From assembly GCA_964531645.1 (NCBI GenBank), contig CAZHEF010000001.1, forward strand, positions 12,484 to 76,483: a DNA stretch of 64,000 nucleotides, in the 5' to 3' direction. The notes under the pieces were generated by a model. It was not told where the DNA came from and did not search any database. It saw nothing but the letters and a program-made list of their open reading frames with translations. The translations under genes and the position numbers were made by a program. Positions 9,957 through 19,529 of the stretch are shown here, piece by piece. How positions within the stretch are numbered: position 1 is the first letter of the stretch; each line of letters begins with the position of its first letter. Source of the stretch: an uncultured Clostridia bacterium (GTDB lineage Bacteria; Acidobacteriota; Aminicenantia; JBFLYD01; JBBIMS01).

Positions 9957-12047
9957 ATGAAAAAAATAAACATCCTAACCATTATCTTCTTTTTATTAAT
10001 CTCTTTTCCCCTTTACTCTCAAACAAATTTGTCAGAAGAGATTGGGAGAATAGAGGCTTTTATAAAAGATCAGATGGAAGTGGACAGAATTCCAGGGATA
10101 GCAATTGGAATAATGAAAGGAGATTTTATATGGGCTAAAGGATTTGGTTTTTCCGATGTAGAAAATAAAATCCCCATGAAGGAGAACTCATCATTTCGCC
10201 TCGCTTCAGTGACAAAACCCATGACTGCTCTGGCAATTCTTCAACTTTCTGAAAAGGGTAAAATAAATCTTGAAGATGAGGTTCGGAAATATGTCCCTTA
10301 TTTCCCAAGGAAAAATTATCCCGTTATAATCCGATACCTTCTTGGACATCTTGGAGGTATAACCCATTACAGGTCCTACGATGAGCTTCACATAAAGGTT
10401 CCAAAGGATACAAAGGAGGCAATTGAAATCTTTGCCAGTTATGACCTTATTGCAGAACCGGGAACTCTTTATAATTATTCCAGTTATGGATACAATCTCC
10501 TCGGAGCTGTAATAGAGGGAGCATCAAAAATGCCATACGGGAAATATATGGAAGAGAATATCTGGAAACCCCTTGGAATGGAAAATACCTGTATGGATTC
10601 TCCTGAGGAGGTAATTTCCAACAGGGTAAAAGGTTACAGAATCTTAAAAGGTAAACTGAAAAATTCTGAATTTGTAGATATGAGCAGTAGATTTGCGGGT
10701 GGTGGAACTCGTTCAACCGTTATAGACCTTTTGAAATTCATAAAAGGATTAAAGGAAAATAAAATAATTTCAAAGGAAACTCGCGAAAAAATGTTCACTT
10801 CAATGACGACAAAGGGAGGAGAGCTTACAAATTACGGATACGGATGGTTTGTTAGACCTGTGAATGGTCATTTCGTTGTCTATCATACAGGTTCACAACA
10901 GGAGACAAGAACATTTCTTGCCTATCTTCCAAAAAATGACATAGCGGTTTCCTTTGCCTGCAACCTTGAAGGAGTAAACCCTTCCCTTTACGGATTCAGA
11001 ATAATTCAGTTTTTACTTGATGAACCTTTAAATTTAAACCCCTATTCAGGAGACCCTGTGGAAGAGATAATTATTTCAGGAATTACAGAAATTTTTAATT
11101 ATGGAATGAGTTATTACGAAAGATTCAGAAGACCATTTACAAAAGATAGAAAAGAGATTGAGGAAGCTTTCGAATTTTTCAATAGAATAACAGAAAGGGA
11201 ATACATACTTAAGAATTTAACAGAAGCTCATAGGAAAATTATTGAGGGTATTCATCCTAAGGTAGGAGAACCGTATCAGAAAATTGGCTCCTTTATGGCA
11301 GAAACTCTGGAAGAAAAATTCGGTGAGCAAAGATTTGATTATTACTGCAAAAATGGGGCTATACTATTTTTTGCCGATTACATAAAAATTTCAAAAGATA
11401 ATGAATTCAGATTCAACAGAGATTTTGAGGAGATGGTTGATAGATGGGGAAAGGACTGGCTAAAAACATTAAACGATTTAACAAAAACCATTTTTATTGG
11501 CGCTTTTTTAGATCCAGGAGAACTGAGAGCAAAGCTTAAAAAAACATTTTCAGAGGCAAAGGTGTATCCCAACTTTGTTCCCCAGTTTAATGAAGCTGTA
11601 AGAAAACTTTATTTAAACGGTAAAATTGGAAAAGCCTTTGAGATGGCAAAGCTTACCAAGGAGCTTTATCCCGAATCGACACTTTCCTCTGTCACTCTTG
11701 CTAACGCATACCTTGTGGCAGGGCAGTTGGAGAGCGCAAAGTCTTACTTCAAAGAAGCTTTAAAAGGGAAAGTTCATAGAATAGCAATGGAGCCAAATGC
11801 CATTCTTAACTATGCTTATGAATTTGCAAATTTTAAAATGTTTGATCAGGCACTGAATTTAATGGAAATAATGCTGGAACTTTTCCCTGAGCAGGCTTTA
11901 TTTTACGAAGGAAAAGCTAATATACTTCTTATGAAAGCAGAGGATTACTATAAAAAAGCAATTGAGAAAGACCCATTAAATGAATCTGCCCGAAAAGCTC
12001 TAAAAAAGCTGATAGAGCTGGAAAGAGAAATGGAATTTTATAGATAA
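9957..12047 (+). CDS. serine hydrolase (beta-lactamase class C / PBP family) with C-terminal TPR-like region
   Basis: Signal peptide; LASVTK (SxxK), YNYSSYGY, YHTGS; helical TPR-like tail. Confidence 0.88.
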   Translation: MKKINILTIIFFLLISFPLYSQTNLSEEIGRIEAFIKDQMEVDRIPGIAIGIMKGDFIWAKGFGFSDVENKIPMKENSSFRLASVTKPMTALAILQLSEKGKINLEDEVRKYVPYFPRKNYPVIIRYLLGHLGGITHYRSYDELHIKVPKDTKEAIEIFASYDLIAEPGTLYNYSSYGYNLLGAVIEGASKMPYGKYMEENIWKPLGMENTCMDSPEEVISNRVKGYRILKGKLKNSEFVDMSSRFAGGGTRSTVIDLLKFIKGLKENKIISKETREKMFTSMTTKGGELTNYGYGWFVRPVNGHFVVYHTGSQQETRTFLAYLPKNDIAVSFACNLEGVNPSLYGFRIIQFLLDEPLNLNPYSGDPVEEIIISGITEIFNYGMSYYERFRRPFTKDRKEIEEAFEFFNRITEREYILKNLTEAHRKIIEGIHPKVGEPYQKIGSFMAETLEEKFGEQRFDYYCKNGAILFFADYIKISKDNEFRFNRDFEEMVDRWGKDWLKTLNDLTKTIFIGAFLDPGELRAKLKKTFSEAKVYPNFVPQFNEAVRKLYLNGKIGKAFEMAKLTKELYPESTLSSVTLANAYLVAGQLESAKSYFKEALKGKVHRIAMEPNAILNYAYEFANFKMFDQALNLMEIMLELFPEQALFYEGKANILLMKAEDYYKKAIEKDPLNESARKALKKLIELEREMEFYR

Positions 12048-12122
12048 GCAAATCAATTTTCCTCGAAATTTTACAAATAGCCTCTCTGGAGTTAAAATAA
12101 AATCTTTGAAAGGAGATGGAAG

Positions 12123-12344
12123 ATGCCAGTATTTGAGTATAGATGCAAAAATTGCGGTGAGAAATTTGAAAAACTCGTAATGAATAAGTCTGAAAAAATA
12201 ATGTGTGAAAAGTGTGGTTCAGAGGAGCTGGAAAAGCTCTTCTCAACCTTTGGATTTTCCTCTGGAAGTAAATTTAAAAGCTCGGTTAATTCTAAATCCT
12301 CATGTTCAACATGTTCATTGACTAGCTGCGACAGCTGTTCGTAA
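12123..12344 (+). CDS. FmdB-family zinc-ribbon protein
   Basis: MPVFEYRCKNCG..FE...CEKCGS..LEKLFS; Cys-rich tail CSTCSLTSCDSC. Confidence 0.9.
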   Translation: MPVFEYRCKNCGEKFEKLVMNKSEKIMCEKCGSEELEKLFSTFGFSSGSKFKSSVNSKSSCSTCSLTSCDSCS

Positions 12345-12420
12345 AATTAATCAAGACAAGCTTATTGAGTTTATCGAACTCAGAGAGATGAAAACTTTTT
12401 CATTGTTTAATCCTTTCTAA

Positions 12421-12565
12421 TAGAAAATTTGAATCACAAAGTTCAAATCGCGAATTAAGAATTGCTAACACGAATTAAATAGATCGAAAAGCAAAAAAGA
12501 AACGAATGACAGAATAACCAAACGGAAAGTTACTTGCTGTTAGCTGTTAGCCATTAGCTGTTTTA
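12421..12565. repeat. composite degenerate heptamer array
   Basis: aatcaca-aagttca-aatcgcg-aattaag-aattgct then gctgtta-gctgtta-gccatta-gctgttt, between convergent genes. Confidence 0.7.
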
Positions 12566-12931
12566 TCAGTAGCCTAATTTCCTCAGCATTTCCTCGCCAA
12601 ATCCGAAGTGGTGGGCGATTTCGTGCATAACCGTCTTTGCAATTTCTTTTTTCATTTCATTTATATCTTTGAAAGCCCGCTCCAATGGTTTCTGGAATAT
12701 AACAATGCAATCAGGAGGAAAATTACCGTAAAATGCTCCCCTCCTAGTCAAAGGAATGCCCCTGTAAAGCCCGAAAAGAAAATCTTTCGATTTTAGACCA
12801 AAGGATTTCAGGTCAGAATTTGAAGGCCAATCCTCAACCATAATAACAACATTTTCAAGCTTTTCTCTAAAAATCTCGGGCAGTGAGTCTACAACTTCTT
12901 CAACAATTCTTTCAAATTTCTTTTTTTCCAA
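12566..12931 (-). CDS. zincin-like metallopeptidase family protein (DUF1025 type)
   Basis: LPE.FR..L.NV.I.VED.P, LFGLYRGIPL, PD.I.IFQ.P, TVMHEIAHHFGF. Confidence 0.9.
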   Translation of the reverse strand: MEKKKFERIVEEVVDSLPEIFREKLENVVIMVEDWPSNSDLKSFGLKSKDFLFGLYRGIPLTRRGAFYGNFPPDCIVIFQKPLERAFKDINEMKKEIAKTVMHEIAHHFGFGEEMLRKLGY

Positions 12932-12932
12932 T

Positions 12933-14258
12933 TTATCCCTTCAAAAAATCTCCAAAATTAAGCAATCTTTTGAAACTCGATTTTTTCATCAACTTCTTCA
13001 TTTCAAGGAAATGACGGATCAGCTGGTTTACCTCCTGAACAGGCCTCCCTGAACCTCTGGCAATTCTTAATCTTCTTCTTCCATCAATTCTTTCTGGATG
13101 AAGTCTCTCCTTTGGTGTCATAGAATCTATGATTGCAATCATATGGACAATTTTTTTATCGTCCACATTTATTCCTGCAAGATTTCTCAATGGTCCGACG
13201 GCTGGAAGATGTTCAAGAATTTCCTTGAAGGAGCCCATTTTTCTTATCATTTTCAATTGTTCCCTCAAATCCTCAAGGGTAAATTCCTCTTTTCTCAGCT
13301 TCTTTTCCAACTCCTCAGCTTTTTTTCTGTCAATAGCCTCTTCAGCTTTCTCAACAAGGCTCAAAATATCTCCCATTCCGAGGATTCTTGAGACGAGACG
13401 GTCAGGATAAAAGGGCTGAAAATCAGTATATTTTTCTCCAATTCCAATAAATTTAATCGGCTTACCTGTAACAGAGACAATTGAAAGGGCTGCTCCACCC
13501 CTCTGGTCTCCGTCAAGTTTTGTAAGGATAATTGAGGTTATCCCGATTTTTTCATCAAAGGTTTTTGCGGATTTCACCGCATCCTGTCCTGTCATGGAAT
13601 CTGCTATATAGATTGTCTCAGAAGGCTGGAGTAGATTTTTAACTTCCTTCAGTTCCTCCATCAATTCCTCGTCAATATGGAGTCTTCCGGCGGTATCAAC
13701 AATCTGGGGATTGAAACCTCTGTCTTTAACATAAATTAAAAGTTCAGTTACAATTTCTTTAAGATTTTCACCCTTAATCTCATAAAAAGGAATCCCAATT
13801 GATTGGGCAATTGTTTTCAGCTGGCTCTGGGCAGCGGGTCTTTTCATATCAATGGATGCAAGGATTGGCGAATAGCCATTCCCTTTTAAAAAGAGAGCTA
13901 ATTTACCAGCTGTAGTTGTTTTTCCTGTTCCCTGAAGACCAACAAGCATGAAGATTGTCGGGATTTTGCTGGAAAAGATGAGAGAATTTTGTTCTTTACC
14001 AAATAATTCCAAAAGCTCATCCCTTACAATTTTTACAAGAAGAGTATAAGGAGTGAAACTTTCCATGACTTCTTTTCCAAGAGCTTTAGCCTTAACTCTC
14101 TCAATAAAATCCTTGACAACATTCAAATTCACATCTGCCTGAAGGAAAGAAAGCCTAACATCCCTGAGAGCTTGATTTAAATTTCCTTCAGTTAGCTTTC
14201 CTTCACCCTTTATAAATTTTAGAGCTTTCTCAATTCCAGAAGATACAATCTCAAGCAT
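12933..14258 (-). CDS. ffh: signal recognition particle protein
   Basis: G.LTE.N...ALR.VR...L.ADV, GLQGTGKTTT, DTAGR, TKLDGD.RGGAALS, RILGMGD, R..RIA.GSG; start placed at ATG 14258. Confidence 0.96.
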   Translation of the reverse strand: MLEIVSSGIEKALKFIKGEGKLTEGNLNQALRDVRLSFLQADVNLNVVKDFIERVKAKALGKEVMESFTPYTLLVKIVRDELLELFGKEQNSLIFSSKIPTIFMLVGLQGTGKTTTAGKLALFLKGNGYSPILASIDMKRPAAQSQLKTIAQSIGIPFYEIKGENLKEIVTELLIYVKDRGFNPQIVDTAGRLHIDEELMEELKEVKNLLQPSETIYIADSMTGQDAVKSAKTFDEKIGITSIILTKLDGDQRGGAALSIVSVTGKPIKFIGIGEKYTDFQPFYPDRLVSRILGMGDILSLVEKAEEAIDRKKAEELEKKLRKEEFTLEDLREQLKMIRKMGSFKEILEHLPAVGPLRNLAGINVDDKKIVHMIAIIDSMTPKERLHPERIDGRRRLRIARGSGRPVQEVNQLIRHFLEMKKLMKKSSFKRLLNFGDFLKG

Positions 14259-14424
14259 ATATTTTATAATGGAATAAAGATGAAAAAGAGTCAAATAAAT
14301 CTGATTTGTTAGCTCTTATTTGTTTTTCATATAAAGGCAAAATAAAGAACAATTGAACCTCTCAATAATTCTATGATGAACAATTTTAAAAACAAAAAGG
14401 CAAAATGGCAGTTTTATCTCTACT

Positions 14425-14453
14425 TGAAGCTGTAAGCTGTTAGCTGTAAGCTA
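14425..14453. repeat. AGCTGT(T/A) heptamer array
   Basis: agctgta-agctgtt-agctgta-agctaaa at the stop of the ABC fragment. Confidence 0.75.
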
Positions 14454-14885
14454 AAAAATAATCTTTCCATCCTCCAAGAGGAACATTCTATCAAAGAAAT
14501 TGTTAGGCAAAGGTTTGTGGGAGATTATAATGCAGGTATTCTCTTTGAATCTTTCTGTTATAAGATTTTCGATTCTTTCCTCTGACCCTGAGTCAAGCTC
14601 AGAAGTGGCTTCATCGAAGATTATTATGTCTGAGTCTTTGAGAATTGCCCTTGCAATTGAGAGTTTCTTCCTCTCCCCTCCTGAAAGAGTCTTTCCTCCT
14701 TCTCCTACTACTGTCTCAAATCCATCGGGAAGTTCCTTTATGAATTCATATGCTCCAGAAAGTTTCACTGCCTCAATGAGATCTTCCTCCTTTGCATCGG
14801 GTCTATTATAGTGAATATTGTTCTTTATTGTTTCATTAAATAGAAGAACATTCTATGATACGAAGGATATTCTCTCACTAAGGAG
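14451..14885 (-). pseudogene. C-terminal half of an ABC exporter ATPase domain
   Basis: ISFVS*NVLLFNETIKNNI...LSGGERKKLSIARAILK....IFDEATSELD...IISH; Q-loop codon is TAG (14853-14855); no Walker A or TM domain upstream. Confidence 0.82.
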
Positions 14886-14921
14886 TATCTTAAGAAAGAT
14901 AAACAAAAAGAATCTTCTATT

Positions 14922-16032
14922 TTATTTTTTCCTGTAATTCTTCCAATTCTTTACTCTGTATCTTTTAAGAATATATCTTTCTTTCTCCTCATCAAATTTT
15001 ATGTTATATATAAACCCATCTTTTATAACACTTGGTTCGAAAGAGAAAGTAGCCCTATAAATGAAGTTCCCTTCTTTGCTAAATATATCAAATTGTGAAA
15101 ATTCCAATTCTTTTGAAGAAAGTGGAATTCTTCTTACATATATCCTGCCATCATTATCAGTTAATATATCATCAAAAAAAGGTGTATAAGGCGCAAATGC
15201 AATTTTTTTTAACTCAAGAGATATATTGAACCAACTTAAAATTTCTTTTTTAATATCACTGCCAATTGGAATATTATTCTCCTCCTTCTCGATTCTTAAA
15301 AATCTTCTGCCCTCAGTGTCAATTATGAAAAGCTTATATTCTGATGAATATCCGTAGACGAGTTTATCCTTGTTAAAAGGAGAAAGAACACCACTGAATA
15401 AATAAGGATGGAAAAAGAAACTACTCCACCAGAGACTATATGAGTTGAGAGGTCTTCAGGGGATTCAAATAATTTTTTATCTTTTTTACCTTCTTTTGAG
15501 AATCTAACCAAGCTTGTAACCCTTCGATGTTCCTGCGATTCTGATATTAAGCCGAAAATTCGTTCTTCCTTATCTACGAAGAAATCCCAAATATTCCAAT
15601 TGATTTTTAATTCTTTTATTACTTCACCCGAGGGATTAAACTTGGTTATCTTCTGCTTACTCGAGTCGTAGACTCATACTGTTCCATCTTCTCTTACGAA
15701 CCATGGCCCTGGTCTGGAAAACTCGCAGGTCCTTCTCCTTTTCTTCCCATGATGCTGGTGAGATTACCGCTTTTACTAAATTTGAGAACTTTGCACTCCT
15801 TACTATCAAGAACAAAGATGTTTCTTTCTCTGTCTATTTTGACCTTCCATTTCCAAGGCTCAACGAAAACAGAGCTCTCTTCAGGGGTTTTACCTATAAC
15901 CATATCTTCAATAAGTTCGAATTTCCACTTCCCGTAAATAGGCTTTTTTGAGTTTCTCGCTATTCTTTCCTCATTTTTTATAAATTCCTTTCCGTTCAGC
16001 CTGTTTTTTTTGAAGAAATTAAAAATCAGCAA
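14922..16032 (-). pseudogene. 6-bladed beta-propeller (NHL-like) exported protein, multiply broken
   Basis: IFVLDS....VLKFSKSG......GRKGEGP, V*VYDSSKQKITKF (TGA 15674-15676), DILTDNDGRIYVRR, FDIFSKEGNFIY in several frames. Confidence 0.72.
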
Positions 16033-16321
16033 GAGAATTTAGTAGAAAGATTTTCATTTTGACATTTTCTTTCATCTCTCATCCTGTTTATCCTTTTTTA
16101 AATTTTTATTCAAAATTTCTATTATTTTATTTTTTTATATCCTTTTCGCAAATCAAAATTAATATGCCTGATATCTAGGTATAGAGATATTAACAGATAT
16201 ATAGAGAAGATATAGGGGTAGAAAGGGGGAAGGTTGGCAGGGTTGAATCTGCTCATCTTCTCCTTGATATAATGAAAAATACGGGACTTCCATGGTAGAG
16301 GGAACCCTTTAAACTTCTGAG

Positions 16322-17219
16322 ATGGTGAAAGCCATGATAGAATATGTGGAGCTAAGAAAAATATCTCCTTAGAAAGCCAGAGAGCTTGTAAGAAAAGTCT
16401 TTGAAAAGCAGAATGGCAATGTATCAGCAACTGCAAGGATATTAGGCATCTCCAGAAATACTGTAAGAAGAGCTCATTGTGGAAGAGGCAAAAAGAACTG
16501 GTTTTAGATATCGAAGAGTTTCCTCCTATTTTGTCAGAAAATATGGTTTATCCATTCAGCAGGAGACAAAACATCTTCTTGATTTGAAGAGTCTTCCAAA
16601 GGAAGTTTATCAACATATAATTAGGTAGGATTTACCGAGGCATGAATGGAACATGATAGATATTGGGACGAGAGCATGTTTTACAGCTTATTCTCCTATG
16701 AGTTAGCATCGACATATGGCTTTCTCTTCATTGTGATGGTGGGTTTATGGTTGAGAGCACATGGTGCAAGGGAAGAGATTTTGTGGAGGCTTGGAGAAGA
16801 AGCTGAGAGAATGGGATGAAGGGCTTAAGGTATTAGGGGCTGGATTAGAACCGATACAAGAGGGCAGAAGAGGCTTTTTTTCAGTTATGGAGAGCTCTCA
16901 CAGAGCAGATGATGAATATTTTTTGATGATACATGCTGAGCGATGCAGGAGTAAAGAGGAGTTTATTTTGAAGGCACGAGGGTGGCAAGAGACATGGAAT
17001 TTTTACAGACCGAGTTTGGGATAGGGATGGAAGGGGAAGACGTTTTGTGAGAAGCTTCTCTGCAAGAATTCCCTTATAAACAGGTATGTGTTATTATTTC
17101 CTGTTATGTTGATGGAGGATTAGATAAGGGTTAATGATAAGATTCAGGGGCTATTTGTCAGAGAAGAGATGAAATATAACAGAAAGAGAGGTGGTAAATA
17201 TGTCCCTACCAAATGCCAA
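16322..17219 (+). mobile_element. degraded IS481-like transposase remnant
   Basis: HTH KARELVRKVFEKQNGNVSATARILGISRNTVRRA, then fragments LPRHEWNMIDIGTRACF, MESSHRADDEYF, WQETWNFYRP, GGKYVPTKC with stops, frameshifts and deletions. Confidence 0.7.
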
Positions 17220-17368
17220 AATTTATTTAAATATAATAAATTTCTTGTCTATTTGTTAGCTGAATTTCGCAAAATTTTTGTAAAACTAACCAGAATTCGG
17301 GAGCCAGAAATAAAACCCTTTGTTTATGCTAATTTTTGGCTTGATGGAAACTTTATTTTTCAAAGTAG

Positions 17369-17461
17369 TCATGATGCGGAACATAGGTTACCCCATCCTC
17401 CAAAACCGAAACCCCAGGGACCAAACCTGATACCAAACCCTTCCCAGAAATTTTCAAACAT
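17369..17461 (-). CDS. 30-aa Gly/aromatic-rich small ORF (possibly 5' part of a frameshifted gene)
   Basis: SD AGGAGG 5 nt before ATG; MFENFWEGFGIRFGPWGFGFGGWGNLCSAS*; not in ORF track. Confidence 0.45.
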   Translation of the reverse strand: MFENFWEGFGIRFGPWGFGFGGWGNLCSAS

Positions 17462-17472
17462 TCATCCCTCCT

Positions 17473-17645
17473 GAAAAAGTTAAAAGTAAAAATTAAAAAG
17501 TTAAAAGTGGAATTAAGGAAGAGAAAAGGAAATTGTTTCTGAAATCTCATTCCCAATTCTTCTCTCCTACTGTCCCTCCTCTCACTTTAAATTCCGCCTC
17601 TTAATTTTTATTTTTTTAATTTTGACTTTTGCCTTTTAACTTTTT
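17473..17645. repeat. inverted pair of degenerate heptamer arrays
   Basis: Left aaaagtt-aaaagta-aaaatta-aaaagtt-aaaagtg; right aattttt-gactttt-gcctttt-aactttt (reverse-complement type); purine-rich and pyrimidine-rich inner halves. Confidence 0.7.
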
Positions 17646-17648
17646 TCT

Positions 17649-19091
17649 CTATCCTTTTATCACAACAATTGGCTTCATTTTTGCGATTTTCTTTGATATG
17701 GAAGCTCCTACAATTGAATCAACAACAAGGGATACATCCTTGTAAGCCTCTGACATCTCCTCAGCAACCACCTCCTTGTCAGATGCCCTTACAAGAATCC
17801 CTTCCCTTTCAAGCTCTGAAATTATTGACCTTCCCTGAGCTCTCTTAATTGCCTGATGCCTTGAGAGAACCCTTCCTGCTCCGTGGCAGGATGAGCCAAA
17901 ACTTTCTTCCATTGCCTCTTTTACCCCTGTTAGAAGATATGAATACCTCCCCATGTCTCCAGGAATTATGACTGGCTGACCTATATCCTTATACTTTTGA
18001 GGAATTTCAGAATGCCCTGGTGGGAAAGCCCTTGTAGCACCTTTTCTATGAACAGCAACAATTCTCTTTTTCCCATCAATTACATGCTCCTCTTTCTTTG
18101 CAATATTGTGGGCAACATCGTAAATCAATTTCATCCCGAGGGAGTTCTTAGATATACCGAGAGCCTTTAACATTGCTTCTTCAGCCCAGTGCATGATAAT
18201 TTGTCTATTTGCCCATGCAAAGTTTGCAGAAGCAGACATTGCCTCAAAATAATCTCTTCCTTCTTTAGAACTGAGAGGAGCACAGGCGAGCTGTTTATCA
18301 GGAACAGATATACCGTATTTTCTCATGGCATTTCCGAGAATAGCTACATAATCTGTCGCAACCTGATGTCCAAGACCTCTGGAACCAGTATGTATCATTA
18401 CCGTAATCAAGTCTTTTTCAAGCCCTAAAGCTTTCGCAATTCTCTCATCGTAAATTTCTTCTACAAATTGAACTTCAAGAAAATGATTGCCAGAACCAAG
18501 AGTTCCGAGTTGATCCTTCCCTCTTTCAAGGGCTTTTGAGGAAACCTTTTCAGGGTTTGCCTCTAAAATAGCTCCATTGGATTCAATGAATTCAAGGTCT
18601 TCAGGGCTTCCATAGCCTCTCTCAACTGCCCATCTTGCTCCTTTCTTTAGAACTCCTTTAAGTTCATTATGGGATAGAGTCAGAGAACCTGTTGAGCCAA
18701 CACCCGTAGGTATGTGCCTGTAAAGAGAATTCACGATTTCTCTCTCCTTCCCTTTTAAATCTTTCAAAAACAGATTTGTCCTCATCAAACGAACTCCACA
18801 ATTTATGTCAAATCCAACACCACCAGGAGAGATGACGCCATTTTCCCAATCTGTAGCAACAACTCCACCAATGGGTAACCCATAACCAAAATGTATATCG
18901 GGCATTGCAATGGAAGCTTTGACAATCCCGGGAAGGGATGCAGAATTTATAACCTGAGTGAAAGCCTGTTCCTCTGTTTCTGAAACAAGTCTTTCAGAGG
19001 CAAAAATTGTCCCTGGAACTCTCATGAGGGGATTGGTCTCTTTTGGGATCTCCCATTTGTAATTATTTATTTTTATCAAATTTCTTCTCAT
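17649..19091 (-). CDS. rtcB: RNA-splicing ligase RtcB (long type)
   Basis: MPDIHFGYGLPIGG, VGFDINCGVR, GTLGSGNHFLE, MIHTGSRGLG, YDVAHNIAK, HRKGATRA, PGDMG, SSCHGAGR, EE..EAYKDV. Confidence 0.97.
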   Translation of the reverse strand: MRRNLIKINNYKWEIPKETNPLMRVPGTIFASERLVSETEEQAFTQVINSASLPGIVKASIAMPDIHFGYGLPIGGVVATDWENGVISPGGVGFDINCGVRLMRTNLFLKDLKGKEREIVNSLYRHIPTGVGSTGSLTLSHNELKGVLKKGARWAVERGYGSPEDLEFIESNGAILEANPEKVSSKALERGKDQLGTLGSGNHFLEVQFVEEIYDERIAKALGLEKDLITVMIHTGSRGLGHQVATDYVAILGNAMRKYGISVPDKQLACAPLSSKEGRDYFEAMSASANFAWANRQIIMHWAEEAMLKALGISKNSLGMKLIYDVAHNIAKKEEHVIDGKKRIVAVHRKGATRAFPPGHSEIPQKYKDIGQPVIIPGDMGRYSYLLTGVKEAMEESFGSSCHGAGRVLSRHQAIKRAQGRSIISELEREGILVRASDKEVVAEEMSEAYKDVSLVVDSIVGASISKKIAKMKPIVVIKG

Positions 19092-19101
19092 TTAAGCCCT
19101 C

Positions 19102-19506
19102 CTAAAGATCAAAAATAATTTTTGTCTTCCACTTATTATTATGCCTTACAATGTGGAGATTGTGCAAGGTTACAGCTTTTACAAGTCTTTTTATAGAGCC
19201 CGGAATAAGCTTTTCTCCAAGGCATTTCGCCTTTATTGAGTTTCCCTTTAAATCAAGGATTTCAAATTTTCCAAAAATTACCTTTTCAGCTTCTGAAATG
19301 TAAAGAAGCTCTGAGAGCCACTGAAAAAGGAGAAAATCAAGGTCATGACTTTCCACATGAATTTCCTTTTCTATCTCCTCTCCAAAATCTTCTTTCTCAG
19401 TCATAAGAAAGAACATCCCCCTTGCAGAATCTGAAAAGAGTTCCTCAAGGGAATCAGACTCTACCCTCACTCCCGCATCAGCCGTTGTGAAGAAAATTGA
19501 AAACAT
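19102..19506 (-). CDS. archease (RtcB activator)
   Basis: TADAG, L...L.ELLY, VKAVTLH, C-terminal IIFDL; directly upstream of rtcB. Confidence 0.9.
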   Translation of the reverse strand: MFSIFFTTADAGVRVESDSLEELFSDSARGMFFLMTEKEDFGEEIEKEIHVESHDLDFLLFQWLSELLYISEAEKVIFGKFEILDLKGNSIKAKCLGEKLIPGSIKRLVKAVTLHNLHIVRHNNKWKTKIIFDL

Positions 19507-19529
19507 GGACTACCTGATAGGAAAAACTT

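Noticed and set aside
16234-17219. TTGGCA...TGCCAA as exact termini of the IS relic
   Set aside because: Only 6 bp match and no target duplication is evident, so the element ends cannot be fixed from this sequence.
19480-19506. Archease starts TTAD instead of HTAD; possible frameshift restoring His
   Set aside because: The shifted frame gives no convincing start or consensus, and I recall TTAD/VTAD variants in other archeases.
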